Positions 1 through 14,562 of a stretch of 64,000 bases of DNA are shown one piece after another; the first letter of the stretch is position 1, and every line of letters starts with the position of its first letter. Made by a program: the position numbers and the translations under genes. The notes below the pieces were generated by a model. That model did no database searches and was not told the origin of the DNA. It was given only the letters and a program-made list of their open reading frames with translations. The DNA comes from Phoronis australis (lineage: Eukaryota > Animalia > Phoronida): NCBI GenBank assembly GCA_002633005.1, contig NMRA01000061.1:1091262-1155261 (forward strand). Reading direction: 5' to 3'.

Positions 1-3000
1 ATAAACTCCAACTGCTGAAACCCAATACTCGAGGAAACCACCATCTTGGGCATAGTTGTTGACATTTCTCGCCTTACTTCCAGTAATAGTTTTTAACCCA
101 TGAGGGTAAGGAGGTCTGACCTATTGTCAACACCACTAAATGTTTCCAATTGAGTGTTGAAGAGAAACTGACAAATGACTAACAATCAGCTAGCATACAG
201 TGCAAACACATCAATCTGGTGTTTTGAAGTCCCAATATGGAGAGGTAATGAATTGATGCCACGATACCATGATGATGGAATTGCGCACTACAAGGCCCAT
301 TCATGCAAGGGCTTTTTGCGAAAAATTCAGCGCAATATTTCACAGAATCAGAAATGCAGGAAAAAAGTAATCGCGCCCAAGCAAAGTGCTGCAATCTACA
401 TTTCATCAAATTTTGCGGGATCTGTTGCAGAAAGTACTTCAGATGCTGTGACAGTTATTTTGATAAGTCTGATAATTTATTACTCGCCACGAACCAGTAA
501 ACTGACGAGACGCACACAGTCCTGTGCATTTCACAAGCATTCCAGCTAAATTTCTGGCTCTGCCATTGATTTCTTTTGATTTTGTAAAAGACGTGGTCTG
601 ACAAGACGCACTTCCAAACCTGGACAACAGGCAGGCACATCATTCGTGAGCACATTAACATAACTGATGATCGCTGACGACACTAAGATCTGAGACGAAC
701 ACGTTCCATCTCATGACCATTGCTCTCTTCTAACGCCCAACTTCAACTGACCAATCACAAAACGGAAGCACCATATGCAAATTACGATACACTGATCCTT
801 AGGCTAGGTGATAAAGGTTGGATCTTGTGCTCAAAACTGTTTCTTATTTGCCAGATTTTTTCTGCATCAATGTTTACTAACCTAGTGCTTCAAAATGACC
901 CTAACCAGGTGATTTTGTAATGGGAAATGAATGTTAAAAATCCATAATTTAGAACCAGCGCGTAGGAATTTTAAGCCCTAAATCCATGTAGAATTCGTGT
1001 AAATCCACAGCGATAGGCAGCTCTGCCGTTAGTGCCAAAAACACGAGGACTGAAAGAAAATTAAAACGCATTCTCTTAGTATCAAGATGTAAAACACTCG
1101 CTGATTAACAGTATAAAAAATGAATATTGGAAACAGAAGAAATACGAAAGTAGGTCAACTCAGTGTAGAGGGCATCCAAGTAGATGCCTCAACATGCCAC
1201 TGCATTATGCAGTTGAGAGACTGCAGGTCCAGTCTTCTCAGCAGAACAGAAGAGATACTCATACCCAGTCTTGACCCCTGGTTTAAGTGTGAGAATTTCC
1301 TGAACATATGTATTTAACGAAATCCAACATGCACACAAGCACACCCAGGGTAATAGGTGTTGTGAGACAACAACCATGGAGAAATCATAGCTCTGCAGAA
1401 TTGTGCATAAACATCTTGAGGAAAATCCAGTGCTGTTATTGACTGGTGTGAGAATTCCCTGGTGCAGAAAGATAACAAAGAATTTAAACCATGGTCACAC
1501 ATTTAGCTGACCTCTTTGAGAAGGGCTAAGGCTATATTAAGTGTACAGTTCTCATCATCAACAAGCTATCATTCCTTGCTACAAATGAATAGCTTGAATA
1601 CATCAGGCTGGATGAATAATACTTGAACAAAATTGACTTTCAGAAGGCGGACATCCAAAAGCTAACGAGTGATAAAAACAGAGCCAAAAAAAAAAAACAG
1701 ACTGGAAAATGCAATTCTCCAGAGAATAAGTGCTTTTAAGGGAGTTTGTGTCACAGGATTGTTTTCAGATTTGAACACTATAAGGATTATACTGTAGAGC
1801 ACCAATTCAATCGAAATAATAAAATTCACCAAAACTGAATCTGGTCGTTTTAAACCGGCAAGATCTCGCCGCAAAATGAATGGCTAAACTGTTTTAGCTA
1901 ACATCGGCTGTGACATTGATCAAATCTGAACTCCTGTATTTAATGGCAGATTACCATAAATTCCACATTGCTTGCATAAATTAGACAACAAGTAATTAAC
2001 ATGTTTGCCATATTCCTAATCAACTGTGGTGTTCTCCTGAGCTGAACTCTCCTCTTGGGGTAAACAGTTGACACAAGCCACAACCTCAACCCATTAGATT
2101 TGACTGGGGTCAAAGTTAACCAGATGACCCATTACCCCACTGTACACCTATTGACCCAAAAATCAATAACAGACATTCATTCATTCATAAGGCCCAATGT
2201 AGCCCAAGCTGTTACTGAAGTCATACCACTGAACTGATCATTACCTTCTCAGACAGAAGTGAAAACATTTTCGTAATTTCCAAACAAAACAAATCCCTTG
2301 CCATCACATGCTAATTTTTGGAGTTGGGGTTGTCATCCTTAAAGCCCACTTATGTAACCAAAAACAACAGCACATTGCAACATCAAGCCTGAAAATTCTA
2401 CTTTATTTCGACTTGTCAGCATTTTTAAAGAAATATGTGAAATCTTATTTTTTGAAGATCTCAATGTCCGTACAATATTGCGTTGACGTAATTCAATCAT
2501 TACTACAGATGAACACAGGGCTAGATTACGGTGAGTCATAGCAGTGAATCACCTGACACAAAATATCAACGACTCATCTGGAACACCAACTAATGATCAA
2601 ACACACCAGATAACCAACACCAGAACACTCAAACCTAGCTCAAACTAAGTAATTATCCAAACATTCCTAGGCTTGGTTATATAACTGTTAAATGAACCAT
2701 CTGGCTAATGAACATTTCTGCATCACCCAATGTACCAGGTTACAATGGTGAGCTCATCAATAGACCATATAATTTTAGATGCAAAAGAGGACGTCCACCA
2801 AATGAATTAGAAGGTGAAACTTACGCAAGTCTGTCATCCATCGTTAACGCGACAATTAGCACTTTTTCCACTCGAGACTAGACAAATCAATAAATAAGTG
2901 AAGATAAAATTTTAACAAAGACTCGCTGAAATTTTGAATGTCCATTGCTAGTTATTGGTTTTACGTGAAGAGGGTGGACTATCACCGCATCCGTAGATCA

Positions 3001-6000
3001 GGTAATAAAAAAGACGATTTTTCACAATAAATGCACATATACAGCTGTGGGCAACTTAGTTTTAACTAAAACTTGATGCAGAAATATCGTTGAAGACAGT
3101 AAAAGTTTAATTCAAATAAGAAATTTCAAATACTGCGATTACTGTGCTGTAGTACACGCAATACAACACTACCAATCAAAATCCAACAAGGGGCTACAAT
3201 AGTGTTTTTCAGCGTTGTTTATAGCAAGTGACAAACAACGCTCAAAAGTAAAAGGAAAAAAATAAGGTAAAGTCAACAACTTGATTACTGGTTAGATACA
3301 GTACAAAGTCCCATCAGGTGATTTGTGTATAGGGTGTGGGTACAGGTATACACCACGCCTAAATGGCAGTCAGAAACCCAGGAGGTAATCTTCCTGTGGG
3401 TGATGAGAAACATTAGGTGCCTGCCCTATGGGGTGATGAGCAGATTTGTTCAATTTTACGCTCATGTTCAAGAATAGTTTATGTTGGAACGGAGTTCCTT
3501 GAAATATGGCTTTGCTGCATGTAGTCAAAGTAGGTAATCATTTAACTGATTTAGTTTTGAAATGTCTGTCAATCGAAAGCTAGAGACTTCTTGAGAAGTC
3601 AACCATCAAACTTAAAGACAAATTTTACTATAATTCATAAATTATTATTAATAAACGAAAAATATTACACAACTTCAAGGCAGTCCACAGACGGCATATT
3701 GCAATTATCTGCTAGGTAAACATCAAAAGTAAGACACTTTGATAAGGAATTTCCTCTTTGTTACAATTTCTACACTTCGTGCCAAAATTGTCCCAAATCA
3801 TTTCCTGGCTGTCTACCCAGTGGGTACAGTTGGAACCAGTTTGCCAGAAATCTTTATCAGATGGTGCTGCTTAAGTGTGGGAGTCAGGGCTCAATATTGT
3901 GAATTATACAATTTATCAAGAGCTCGGTGTCGCTAAGTTCTTTCTCTAATTCTTCAGTTTCCTAAAATATGTGATATTTGCAACTTCCAAAAGTAGCGTA
4001 CATTATGGCTCTGGTATAATGCGGCAGCGAAAGGTAAGCCTAGAATTATTGTGGGCCAATAAAATCTCAACTTTGGAAATGCACAATTTCTCATGTACAA
4101 CAAAATCTCATCAATTTAGGAAAAAATGCATCTTCTCATTTTTTCCATAAAAAGATGCAGTCGTAGCAACAAATTAACAGCTTACCATGTTCAAGTTATG
4201 TAAAGCAGCTAATTTGTGGGCATTAACTAAAATGCTAGGTCTCGAAAACAGAAAGCGGTAACTTTGGCAATAATTTTTGTCCGAAACTGGAGAAATTTTA
4301 TCATTTACAACATGAAGCTGACAAATGGTCAGTTCGTCGAAAACTAGGGTGTCTACTAACATTGCTTGTCCAACCTTAATTTTTGTGTTCGCAACAAATA
4401 TGAAACGACGACGATATGTACGAAAGCAGGTGTTCATATGTTCTGCTAAAAACACCAATTTTCAGCATGTATATGCAATTACGTCAAGTGACTAACATTA
4501 AGGGTTGGCCTCCTGTCAATCAAACCAATGAGTGTGCAAATCGCCCAATGACGGAACTTGAGAGGTTGTCTTCATTGAACATCGAATTGATCTCCAATGA
4601 ATGTGATACCAATATTTCTCGGGGATATTTTTCTACAGGGTTACAGGACATCTGGCACTTAGTAAATGAAACGGACCAACACCAGCTGACTAGACAAAGT
4701 TAAAAGCCATGACAGGGATATTGTGCAAAATGGAAGAGACCATGCAAGTTTAAAAAGTGAACCAAAATAGTAAAACCACTGAAAAGCCATGTCGCTCGAG
4801 TCGAAGGAACTAAAATATGCCGTAAAAATTTCTTATCTTCCAAAGCTGATTATCACCCATTGTTCTTAATTTTCCGTAGCATTTTTCATAATGCAACAAA
4901 AACAACAAAAGCTAGGATGATCTGAATAGTTTGTAAGATCTGAAACCAGACTACAGTTTTACCTACCCAGAAGTAATGTCCCTAAAACATGTAAAAGCAG
5001 GACAGACATTACAGTACCATTTACCAGCTATGACTAGATGGGGTGACATGCAGATTGCCAAGTGACCTCAAATTTTGTTTGCCGACCTGGTATCATTTCA
5101 AGTCGCCACTAAGTCATTGGAATTTTGCAATTATGAATTCATCTGTAAATCGTTTCTAAATTTGTGGTGAGCCATAAGACCTGAACAGAAAATCCGCCAT
5201 GCAATTCATCCGTCTTTCCATTCAACTGGATGGTACGGCAAACATTTGACCCTTGCACTTTGGCCTAGTTACAGATTTCCGTTCGTTAATTTTTGTATAT
5301 TGGCAACTACCTAGCTCATGGAACAGTGCAAATATTTTGCTTATACCATATTTTAGAAATATGCAATACTGGCAATCTCAATGTACAAATTATGACCATG
5401 ACGGATGAAGTCGATGTTGCACACTAGGGGATGTATGAAAACGATGATTCATTGGCTATTTTCAGACAATTTTATCAATTGTCAAGTCTATTTTATGACC
5501 CTGTTGATACAAACCACAGAGTCTGATATACAAGAAATTTGGTGAATGTCAAAATCACACATGTCCCAATCTTATGAATCACCAAAATTCAATTCAACCT
5601 TGAATTTTTTGATGTCCGAAATTTTAGAGACTGTCCCAAACAGGAGAATAATAACCGTGTCCTCATTCAGTTCCCTAAGCGCAAGGCATGCATCAGTCAG
5701 ACGCACCCAAGAAGCATAACGCAGACGCAAGAATCTCGCTGTGACCTGCATTTATGCGAGTTCTCGTGTTTACGGAACACTGCCCAAGTCCAAATCGAGG
5801 AACTAAAAATCAGGGGGTGTATTCATTAACAACAGAAGGGCATGTGGAGGAATAGATACTAGTCGCTACATGAGCAATAGTAAAATGGAACAAGGGATAA
5901 GCACCCATTTAACAGAATCCTGAATGCACTGTTTATTGGTCACAATAGAGCGAACAGTGTTCTCTATAGAGCTCAAATTCCACAACATGGTGGTGATGCT

Positions 6001-7718
6001 TCATAGTACTCGGCACTCAGCCAGTAATGACTAAAATTGAATTGCGTTCAACTGATCACAGGCAATAACCTGCACAACCCCTCAAGACCTGGCTGAAACT
6101 GACTGACTTCCACATGTTTTTTTTTTCACTATGTTTTAGCCACATGCTGAATATACAGTAAAACTTGTCCAAGTTGGACATACGACGTGTCGAATTTTCG
6201 CTTAACTCAACAAAATTCCAAGGTACCAGTGATCTAGTCCCCTCCATAGAGCACTAAAATTTACTCAGACAAAACCTCTCTATCCGTTTGGATCCGATTT
6301 ATGCAAGTTAAATTGCAATTAAATGAAAAAATAATTTTTTGTAAAGACCCCAGTGCCAAACTAAAAATACCGATGCTGGGGTTTTAATGTAATACTGCAC
6401 AAGTACAAAGCCTCAGAACATCTGGAGATGGCAAATGAATGGACATCAAAAATGACTTTTTGAATCAAATATCTAACTATTCTGCTTTTAACGTTAAACA
6501 TTCAGCAATGAATAGATTTTTTCTAATATTAACAAAGGACTTTTTTCCTGAAGCACCGCAAAATCAGGAAGAGAAAATATTTAAATCTGTTATCAAATAT
6601 TTATCAATGGCACAATGGTTTCATTTGGCAGCGTTTCCTGAACCAGTCAGAGGGCGCTGGAACTGCACAAAATAGACAAATCTAAGTGAAATGAATACAA
6701 TACATTTTTGTTAATGATTTGCCGAAATAAAATCAAAGCAAAATTCCGCAAGATTACACGAGATATTGCCATGTTTTATAAATGAGAACACATGATTTTG
6801 GCAAGGTCCTACCGTTACTGAACTCTACCCTGACATCACTAATCTAATCTAGACCAAGGAAAATGGAACAAAGACCGGATAAATATAGGACTGAATGAAG
6901 GAAACTCCTAGCTTCCTTTGTTCAACTAAACACACTTTAGCCAGTGCCATTGTCTTCAACAAAAAGGAAGGCAATGCCAAACCCCAAACTACGTTTTATT
7001 AATGACTCTGAACTCTTATGAACTAACAAATTCCTCATCGTGAGTGACTAGAGATCTCCATGCCAAAATCCCTTAATTGGCAAGATACCTGGAGAAATAT
7101 GCAATAACCATAAGACAACAACAGCTCAAGTGTCTCTATTATACATAGTTGTAAAGTTATAGTCTGGCTCTATGGATAGATTGTGTTGCTCACACAATGC
7201 CTTTTGTGGACACAATACTAAATATACACAAGGAACTTTTGTAGCAGCATGTCCTTATCTAAAAATTTACAACGTCATAAAATTGGCAAAAGATGTAACA
7301 CCCAGAATAGAGGAATACTTGTGTTATCGCCAGTTGGAATGAATCATACAGGCTAATTGGGATTCTAAACGTTCCAGACAAAAATAAATGTCCCGATCAC
7401 CCGCGGCTTTTATGGAATGAAAAATGAATGTAAACCAAAACAAAGGAAGCATGGTCAAACAGGAAGCCATGATGGATTATAACAAAGGAAACTACATTCG
7501 CATGAAATAAATATCAAATAAAATGCATCAAAATGAAGAAACGACCCCGGCGTGCATCTGCTATCAAATGTCTGTAAGTGAGAAACCATGAGACTGAAAG
7601 GAAATTCGATTTTTCGGAAACTTGTAGCCTAACAATGGTCCCCCGACTTGGCGGGATTTTCGACAACGTGCTTTGCTTTGTTCGACAACTGAGTGTTATT
7701 ACCATGGTGAAAACTTAC

Positions 7719-7971
7719 CCTGTCTACCGACAATTTCAGCGACGTGTTCTGAGCTTGGGACAGGAACACACTCTGTCATATTTGCACCTTTTTTCTTTAG
7801 TTCCAGTTCATCGCTTGACGGGGAAGAGTTATGGAAGGAACGAGAATCGTCTGAATGAGTTAATCCATTTGCGAACGATAACTGGGAGAGATCCAGTGCG
7901 ATTTGAAACGCCCTTTGGTCTTCAATCGTGCCACTGTTGGCATTCATGTCCGCTATAAGATTCGCTGGCAT
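7719..7971 (-). CDS. MEX3: MEX3 family RNA-binding protein (KH domains + RING), first coding exon; remainder lies left of the window
   Basis: Translation [10 protein letters not shown]...[15 protein letters not shown]...[27 protein letters not shown] matches the MEX3 N-terminus and the start of KH1 ([20 protein letters not shown]). The exon ends in phase 1 at a GTAAGT donor (7718), where vertebrate MEX3 genes also have their intron. The next exon (CKIKALRAKTNTYIKTP...) was not found in 1-7718. Confidence 0.95.
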
Positions 7972-8039
7972 TCCAACTTTAAAAGTTTAATTTCCTGTCT
8001 GAAAATCTAAAACTGAGGAAGCATAAAAGCCGAACTATC

Positions 8040-8170
8040 GGCGCGGACACTCGTGCACGGAACTGACTGAGAGTATCGCCTCGAAATGATGTCATTTTTA
8101 CCCACAATACACATGTCGTGACCCAGTTTGTCTCGTGTTTATTGGTTCAGTTTGGTAGATTGGGCGGAGA
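8040..8170 (-). promoter_or_regulatory. Putative MEX3 proximal promoter
   Basis: Locally CpG-richer stretch 70-200 bp upstream of the MEX3 ATG. It contains two CCAAT boxes (ATTGG on + at ~8141 and ~8159), a GC box (GGGCGG ~8162) and a ZNF143/SBS-like TTACCCACAATACAC (~8098). Motif matches only. Confidence 0.5.
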
Positions 8171-11100
8171 AAGTCTGGCCATGTGGTTCAGACATCTGGC
8201 ATCTTTGTTTAGTAGAAATGTCTTCCCGGGTAATCTTCTTTGTTCAAATCCATCGATTTTCGAATTTTTGAAGAATTCCTTTCTTTAACCTTTGTAAACT
8301 TGCCGTCCTTGTTCAGGCGATAATGCACATGGTCAATGAAAAATCGTAAATGTTGTGAATTGGAAATTGCATCCGTTTGATAGACTCCTGGTGATACCAG
8401 GCTCAGGCAACCTTTCATTCATAAAGCTTCAAGTTGAAAAATGAAATAAAACAAAAAAATATTCATTGTTCACTAACTTTAATAACATTAAATCTTCTAA
8501 ACTAGAAAATAATTTATTACAAACGGGCGATTATACCTTTGAATAGCTGGGAATAATATCATTATAGTCCTTGGCTAAACAATTGAAATGTCAGGAGAAC
8601 ACAAATACTTTTCTTTCAGTCTGAAAATTGTGGTTGGTGCTCCCTCAGCTTTGTGCCTCATAAATCAGCCTCAGGTGACATTTCTATGTTGTAATGAGTA
8701 CAGTAAAGAGCATCTGGAGGCAGATCAACAAGATCACTCCACTCTTGAAAGGTACAAAGTTAATTTTCATAGGTGGACATTTTGTATGGTTGACACTGCA
8801 ACCTTTCCCTGGATCCCTAGTAGATTTCAAATTGCGATGTTAGGGAGGCAGATTCCAACCATGTTGTATTTGACAAGTTAGTCAACTAAGTAGCATAAAT
8901 GATCAAACGATACATTGTATCAAACTAAAATTGTGCACATAGTGTGAATGTATCCATACTGGCATCTGTCAATCAAACAAAATACAGTTACAAAATTACA
9001 AAGAAAAATCATAATTGTGTGCTGTGAATGAGTCACATTCAACATCATGTCCAATGAAAAATCACGCATTTGTTCCACTGCAAAAGAGGAACAAAGACAA
9101 TGGTTTTTTGGATGGCATAGTAGGACTTGTAACTTGTAAGGTGCATAACAAACATACTGCTAGCCCCAGGATTTAGAGAGAAATCTGAAACCAACCTCAT
9201 ACAATCTCCTGTAATCTCCATTTGTGGTACTCCTTTGCTCACTGTTTACATAATCTTATTTTACTATTTCCTCCTGAGGATGGATGTTGTTATTTTACAG
9301 AACTCTCAGACTGGATTTTTTTACAAAAGCTTTCGAATAATTTTGTTAATAGCATGCTATGCCAATACTGATAGTAATGTAAACAAGCTTAAAAAAATAT
9401 TTCTCGTCAGTATAACACATGCTGAAGTGTAAAATAACTGTCACCGGATAGTCATTTTCATGAATCGTGGCAATAAAAATGTTGGGTATTACATTTGCCC
9501 AGAGTCCAAAATCTTTTCTCATTAATTACCCATACAATAGTTAGTTAGTTATTTACGAAAACTGCAGAATTGTCCACTCTCTGTGATTTTTAGAAAATGG
9601 CTGATTTGCAGACCAAATAAACAATTTTCAAGGCCAGAGTTGATAGAAAAACCATCAAATTGTCCTGAAGGTCTGGTACCAGACAATCTATTCACACAAA
9701 CTTTGAATTGCACGCCACAACTACTGAATCATGTGTGAGAACCAATCAATCACAATAGAAACTATAACTTCGCACCGGTAATGAACAAAAAATCACACTC
9801 GGGAACCACAGCGGACTCTGACAACTGCACAACGACAGTGAAACAAAAATAAGACGCAGAGACATTTTCAAACTACCGTACATTCTTTCAAGTGGATCGC
9901 ACACAATCGTGTGATTTTTGCTAGATCAACTTTGTGTTTTGTTCTTACGATTCTTTTGTTCAGATGTGTGAAGTGAGTAGTGGTGAGGTAAGTCCTCTCA
10001 TAGTCAAAGTAACCAGTAATCAATGGAAGCTAACTCAGTAGTAATATAAAGTTAGGTGGAAAATCTACTCTCATACCCCTAAGTTTCACCGACTGTCTAT
10101 CTCTTAGTGTTCAAGTGTTAAAAATCATTCACTGCTGTAATTACTTAGAGGATAAATTAATAAGGTCCAGCGAGTGTTAATCGGAATAACCTTGTTTTTG
10201 CAAGTACAATGTATCAGAAATTATCCATCACTACATGTGCAAAAATGACATATATACAACAAGTTGGTCATGTAAATACAGTATTAATTGGGAATTTTTA
10301 TACCAAACAGAAAATAACGGTTTAATAAGAAAAACAAATCGAGGCAGAATTCGAAAAATGACATAACTGTTCAGGCTACAGTATGACAAGCTATCCTGTG
10401 ATTTTTGAATTTCTAAAGGAAGTTAAAAAATTATGTTCCCGTCACAAAAACAGTAAAACACTACAGCAATATGAAATGGTTTCACATTGTTCCTTTGTGA
10501 AATTGGAAATTATTTTGACAGTTAGTTATTGCTCGAGATGGGCTCGACAAGCTGGCTTGTCACGGTGTGTCTTTTGGACGCCAAGCTCGGCCTCAACAAA
10601 TAGCAGCGAACTGTCAGTTCTTTGCAAATCCAGAAATAGGTTCTCGTTGAGATTGATTTTACAGTGGTAAGTGGTCTAAAACTCTACTTCCTATACACAA
10701 TAATGCAGTCTTGTGATTGGCTGGGGGAATGCAACTGAATGAACTATTGACCTCAGGTCAGCCATTCACAGTCTGGTACATGTCAGACTGAGGTTAAGTA
10801 TTCAGTAGGATGCTGTACAATGTATCTTTAATGGTAGAATCACATTTTTTAAAATCACTGGCAGAGGTAGAATGTCGCAAAAGACGGCCAATCATGACTT
10901 GAGAAGAAAAATGTGTTTTTTATTTGTCCGCACACTAAATGTGCTTATGAAAATCTAACGTTACCATATTTATTTATTGACATTTCAAAATTTCAGTAAG
11001 CTTTGTCTGTTTAATTATTGTTAAGATCTATCGATATCTAAACAAAAATATTAATGACAACTTTTCACGTTTTTCTGAAAATATAATCATTTTGAAATTA

Positions 11101-12773
11101 AAAAACAAACATAGTCACACCTTGGAATACAAACCGAAATGATAAAATCTCACCAATGTTCAACAAGCTGAACAAAAATGTCAAAATTGATCAATTTCAT
11201 TTCTCAAAGGCTTATGGAAGTGTTGGCAAATCCAACAAACTTCCCAAAACATTGTCAGATGGTAGCATTAGTCCAAAACACAGAAATGACAAGTCCTTAA
11301 TTTGGAGCTACCTATCTTGCAAAAGCCTGCCCCGAACAAATTTCAGCTCCAAAACGAACGAAACTCTGTCCTTTATGACATATGGTCACGAGTTCTAGGA
11401 GAGTGATGCCTTATTCAGGCAAGAAAATACCAACACTTGCCGATGTTTTATTTCGATTCTTAACACGCTAGTTTGATGTAAACGTTGGCTACCCCCTGGG
11501 CGTTTACCAGAATCGACCGCTTGGGTAATTACACATTCCCAACATCTCTCAATTGTTTTACTTGAATATGCTTGCCTTAAACCTCACTCCCTGTTTTTGG
11601 AATTCCTCAATTAAGTGCCCTGTAAGTTAACATGACTGAGTTCTGTATCTAACACACAAAGGCACCCTGCTTCCTCCATTTAAACATACTTTGGTGAATT
11701 TTTTACCAATCAAACAAATCCTACAAATAAATTTTAATGAAAAAGTTAATGAACACATCATGGAATGCCCCTCCAAGGCAAAGGTGACCTGTAACGCATG
11801 CAAAACCATTCTTACCACTTCCCCACAAGTTCTAAATTTAAACTGTAATTTCAGCTTGGAATGACACAATAAGGTAAAAATACTTTTACAGATTAAGTTT
11901 TCAACAGTCAATTACGTGTTCGGAATGTAAATTTGTGTGCTGAAAATCAAAAGAGCAGAAATCTACAATTCCTCTGTTTAGTCGAATTGCTCCAATCTCT
12001 CGATGAGACTTAGCGGATTGTTCTCCCCGGCCATCATCAAAAAATTATCAGTGATATTTAATAAATGAAACAAGAAATTGCGAAACTAAAATTAGTGGTA
12101 ATACGAATAATGTGGAATAAATAATAAAAACATCAAACAAAGATAAAGATAAATAAATACAGGTAGTGTAAAATATAAAAAATTAAGAATGTATAAATAT
12201 GAAAAGCACATGCAAAAATAGATTAAAGTACCAAAAAACAGTAATTAATAACATATTAAAATTAAATTGAAATAATTTTTTTGTAAAGAGAGGTACGAAG
12301 TCACATACTTCTTTGAATACCCTACTCTTTATTTTCCTGAATAATAAATAATTTGAATTGTTTTGGACACTGTTGCGATGGCTATAACAATTTACCAGGT
12401 GAGGGAAAAGCGTTGGAAAATCCCATATCAATGTTCGTGCAAACAGACCAAATATTTACATAATTACAAACCTACAAAATCAAAGGTGTTTCAGGATGTT
12501 GTCAACAGCGAAAAATTTATTAGGCTGATGCAAAAACACGAGAGAATTTTTTAGAATGATTCTACTGGTCACAAGGCTCAAGTAAAGAAAATCAAAATCG
12601 TAACAAAAATTCTTTATAACTAAATGTGCCCAATAATTATGTATGAAGGTTTCACTTTAAAGCTGCATTTTACCTGTGATATCATTCCAGTAATCGAAGT
12701 CGAATCATACACGTGCCATTTTCGAATTCACATTTTTGGTGTTTACTTAGCCAACCCCAGTGGTCTGTGTACC

Positions 12774-14040
12774 TGATGGTTTTAATATTCTTGTTGATAA
12801 CAAAAACCGAATTCCGTCATGGAAAGGAATATTACAACATTGATTTTATGAGAGTAAAAAGCTTAATTCAAATTTCATTTTTTTCACCAGCAAAAACGAG
12901 GGTAAATTTAGCTTTAGCAATTCAAAAATAACATTACTATGTGAAAACAGTTTGCGACTATGGAGACGCCAGAAGATCAAAAACTGCACTTATCGAAAGG
13001 TCCCTACAGACGTTCCCCAGCAGTCAACTTGTTTACATAACAAATTCAAACTTGTTACAATTCCCTTGGACCCCGCATCCCAAGAGAACCCAGTGCACAT
13101 AATAAGGTACCGTTATGAAGTAGTGGAGAACCACAAGTACTGGAAGATTCCACTTGGTATCTCCAGCAGCTCCAGAAATGAACTAATGACCATCCCATGT
13201 TGAAGGCTCAGGTGGCAAGACACTAACTTGCATAACATCAATAATGAAATTTCTTTAGGGTAATTAAGCCAGGGAAATAACCGGGGTTCCTTAGGAAGGT
13301 TGCCAACAAGCGATGAAGAAATTTGTTAGGAAGGCAGCANTTTCATTAGACATCATCAGGATCATATTTACAACAATTTAGGACAACAAGTGCCAACATA
13401 CAGCTCAGGTAACATCCATAGAGTGAAGTGAGAGATACATAGAATATTTTATTTGTGCGGCGATCGTCCGGTTTTTGATGGTTTTGATATTCTTGTTGAT
13501 AACAAAAACGGAAATCCGTCACGGAAAGGATTATTACAACACTGATTTTATGAGAGTAAAAAGCTTAATTCAAATTTCATTTTTTCACCAGCAAAAACGA
13601 GGCGAAATTTAGCTTTAGCAATTCAAAAATAACATTACTATGTGAAAACAGTTTGCGACTATGCAGACGCCAGAAGATCAAAAACTGCACTTATCAAAAG
13701 GTCCCTACAGACGTTCCCCAGCAGTCAACTTGTTTACACAACAAATTCAAACTTGTTACAATTCCCTTGGACCCCACATCCCAAGAGAACCCAGTGCACG
13801 TAATAAGGTACCGTTATGAAGTAGTGGAGAACCACATGTACCGGGAGATTCCACTTGGTATCTCCAGCAGCTCCAGAAATGAACTAATGACCATCCCATG
13901 TTGAAGGCTCAGGTGGCAAGACACTAACTTGCATAACATCAATAATGAAATTTCTTTAGGGTAATTAAGCCAGGGAAATAACCGGGGTTCCTTAGGAAGG
14001 TTGCCAACAAGCGATGAAGAAATTTGTTAGGAAGGCAGCA
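12774..14040. repeat. Near-identical ~565 bp direct duplication (12774-13339 and 13476-14040) split by an assembly 'n' at 13340
   Basis: The two copies read almost base-for-base (ORFs 12952-13203 and 13653-13904 are near-identical). Copy 1 ends exactly at the n. Confidence 0.9.
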
Positions 14041-14562
14041 AAAAAGTGGGGTCGATTTAATTTTTTTCGAAAACGTCAGAACATTACATAGTGCCGCATG
14101 AGCTTGACGCAAAAAGGCGAAGATTCACTAGGTGGGGTTTGTGAAATTGGTGCAATGTGTGTTTAGATGATAACGTGGGAACCTAATCTCACAAGCCCTG
14201 TGCCCACACAGGTCAACAACTTTTCGTCCTCTCAAGTAATAAAAATATTAATATCGGCTCCCTCATTAGCATCAAGCAATGAGCACCGAGTCTCCCACTG
14301 ATAAGATCTATAAAGTTGTATGGTTTAGAAAAGTTGGTATTTAATACAACTTTCAGCACATTTTTGTTACACCTTCAATATTCACAAGTATATCAAAGTT
14401 TCCTCAAATTCAAACAAAAATAATTCGCAAAATTATAATTTTTCAAAATTTCACTGCATTGTTTAAAACATCCAAATTTCACCGTGTGCTTGTTGATGAA
14501 AGCTGTACAATGGTATATACTGTGGAAATAATCAAATTATCATTCAGGACCTTATTGGTACA

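Noticed and set aside
7578-7958. 126-aa plus-strand ORF
   Set aside because: It is antisense to the MEX3 exon, with no independent support.
12952-13904. Pair of 83-aa ORFs as a tandem gene family
   Set aside because: They start at TTG, show no homology I recognise, and simply reflect the gap-associated duplication.
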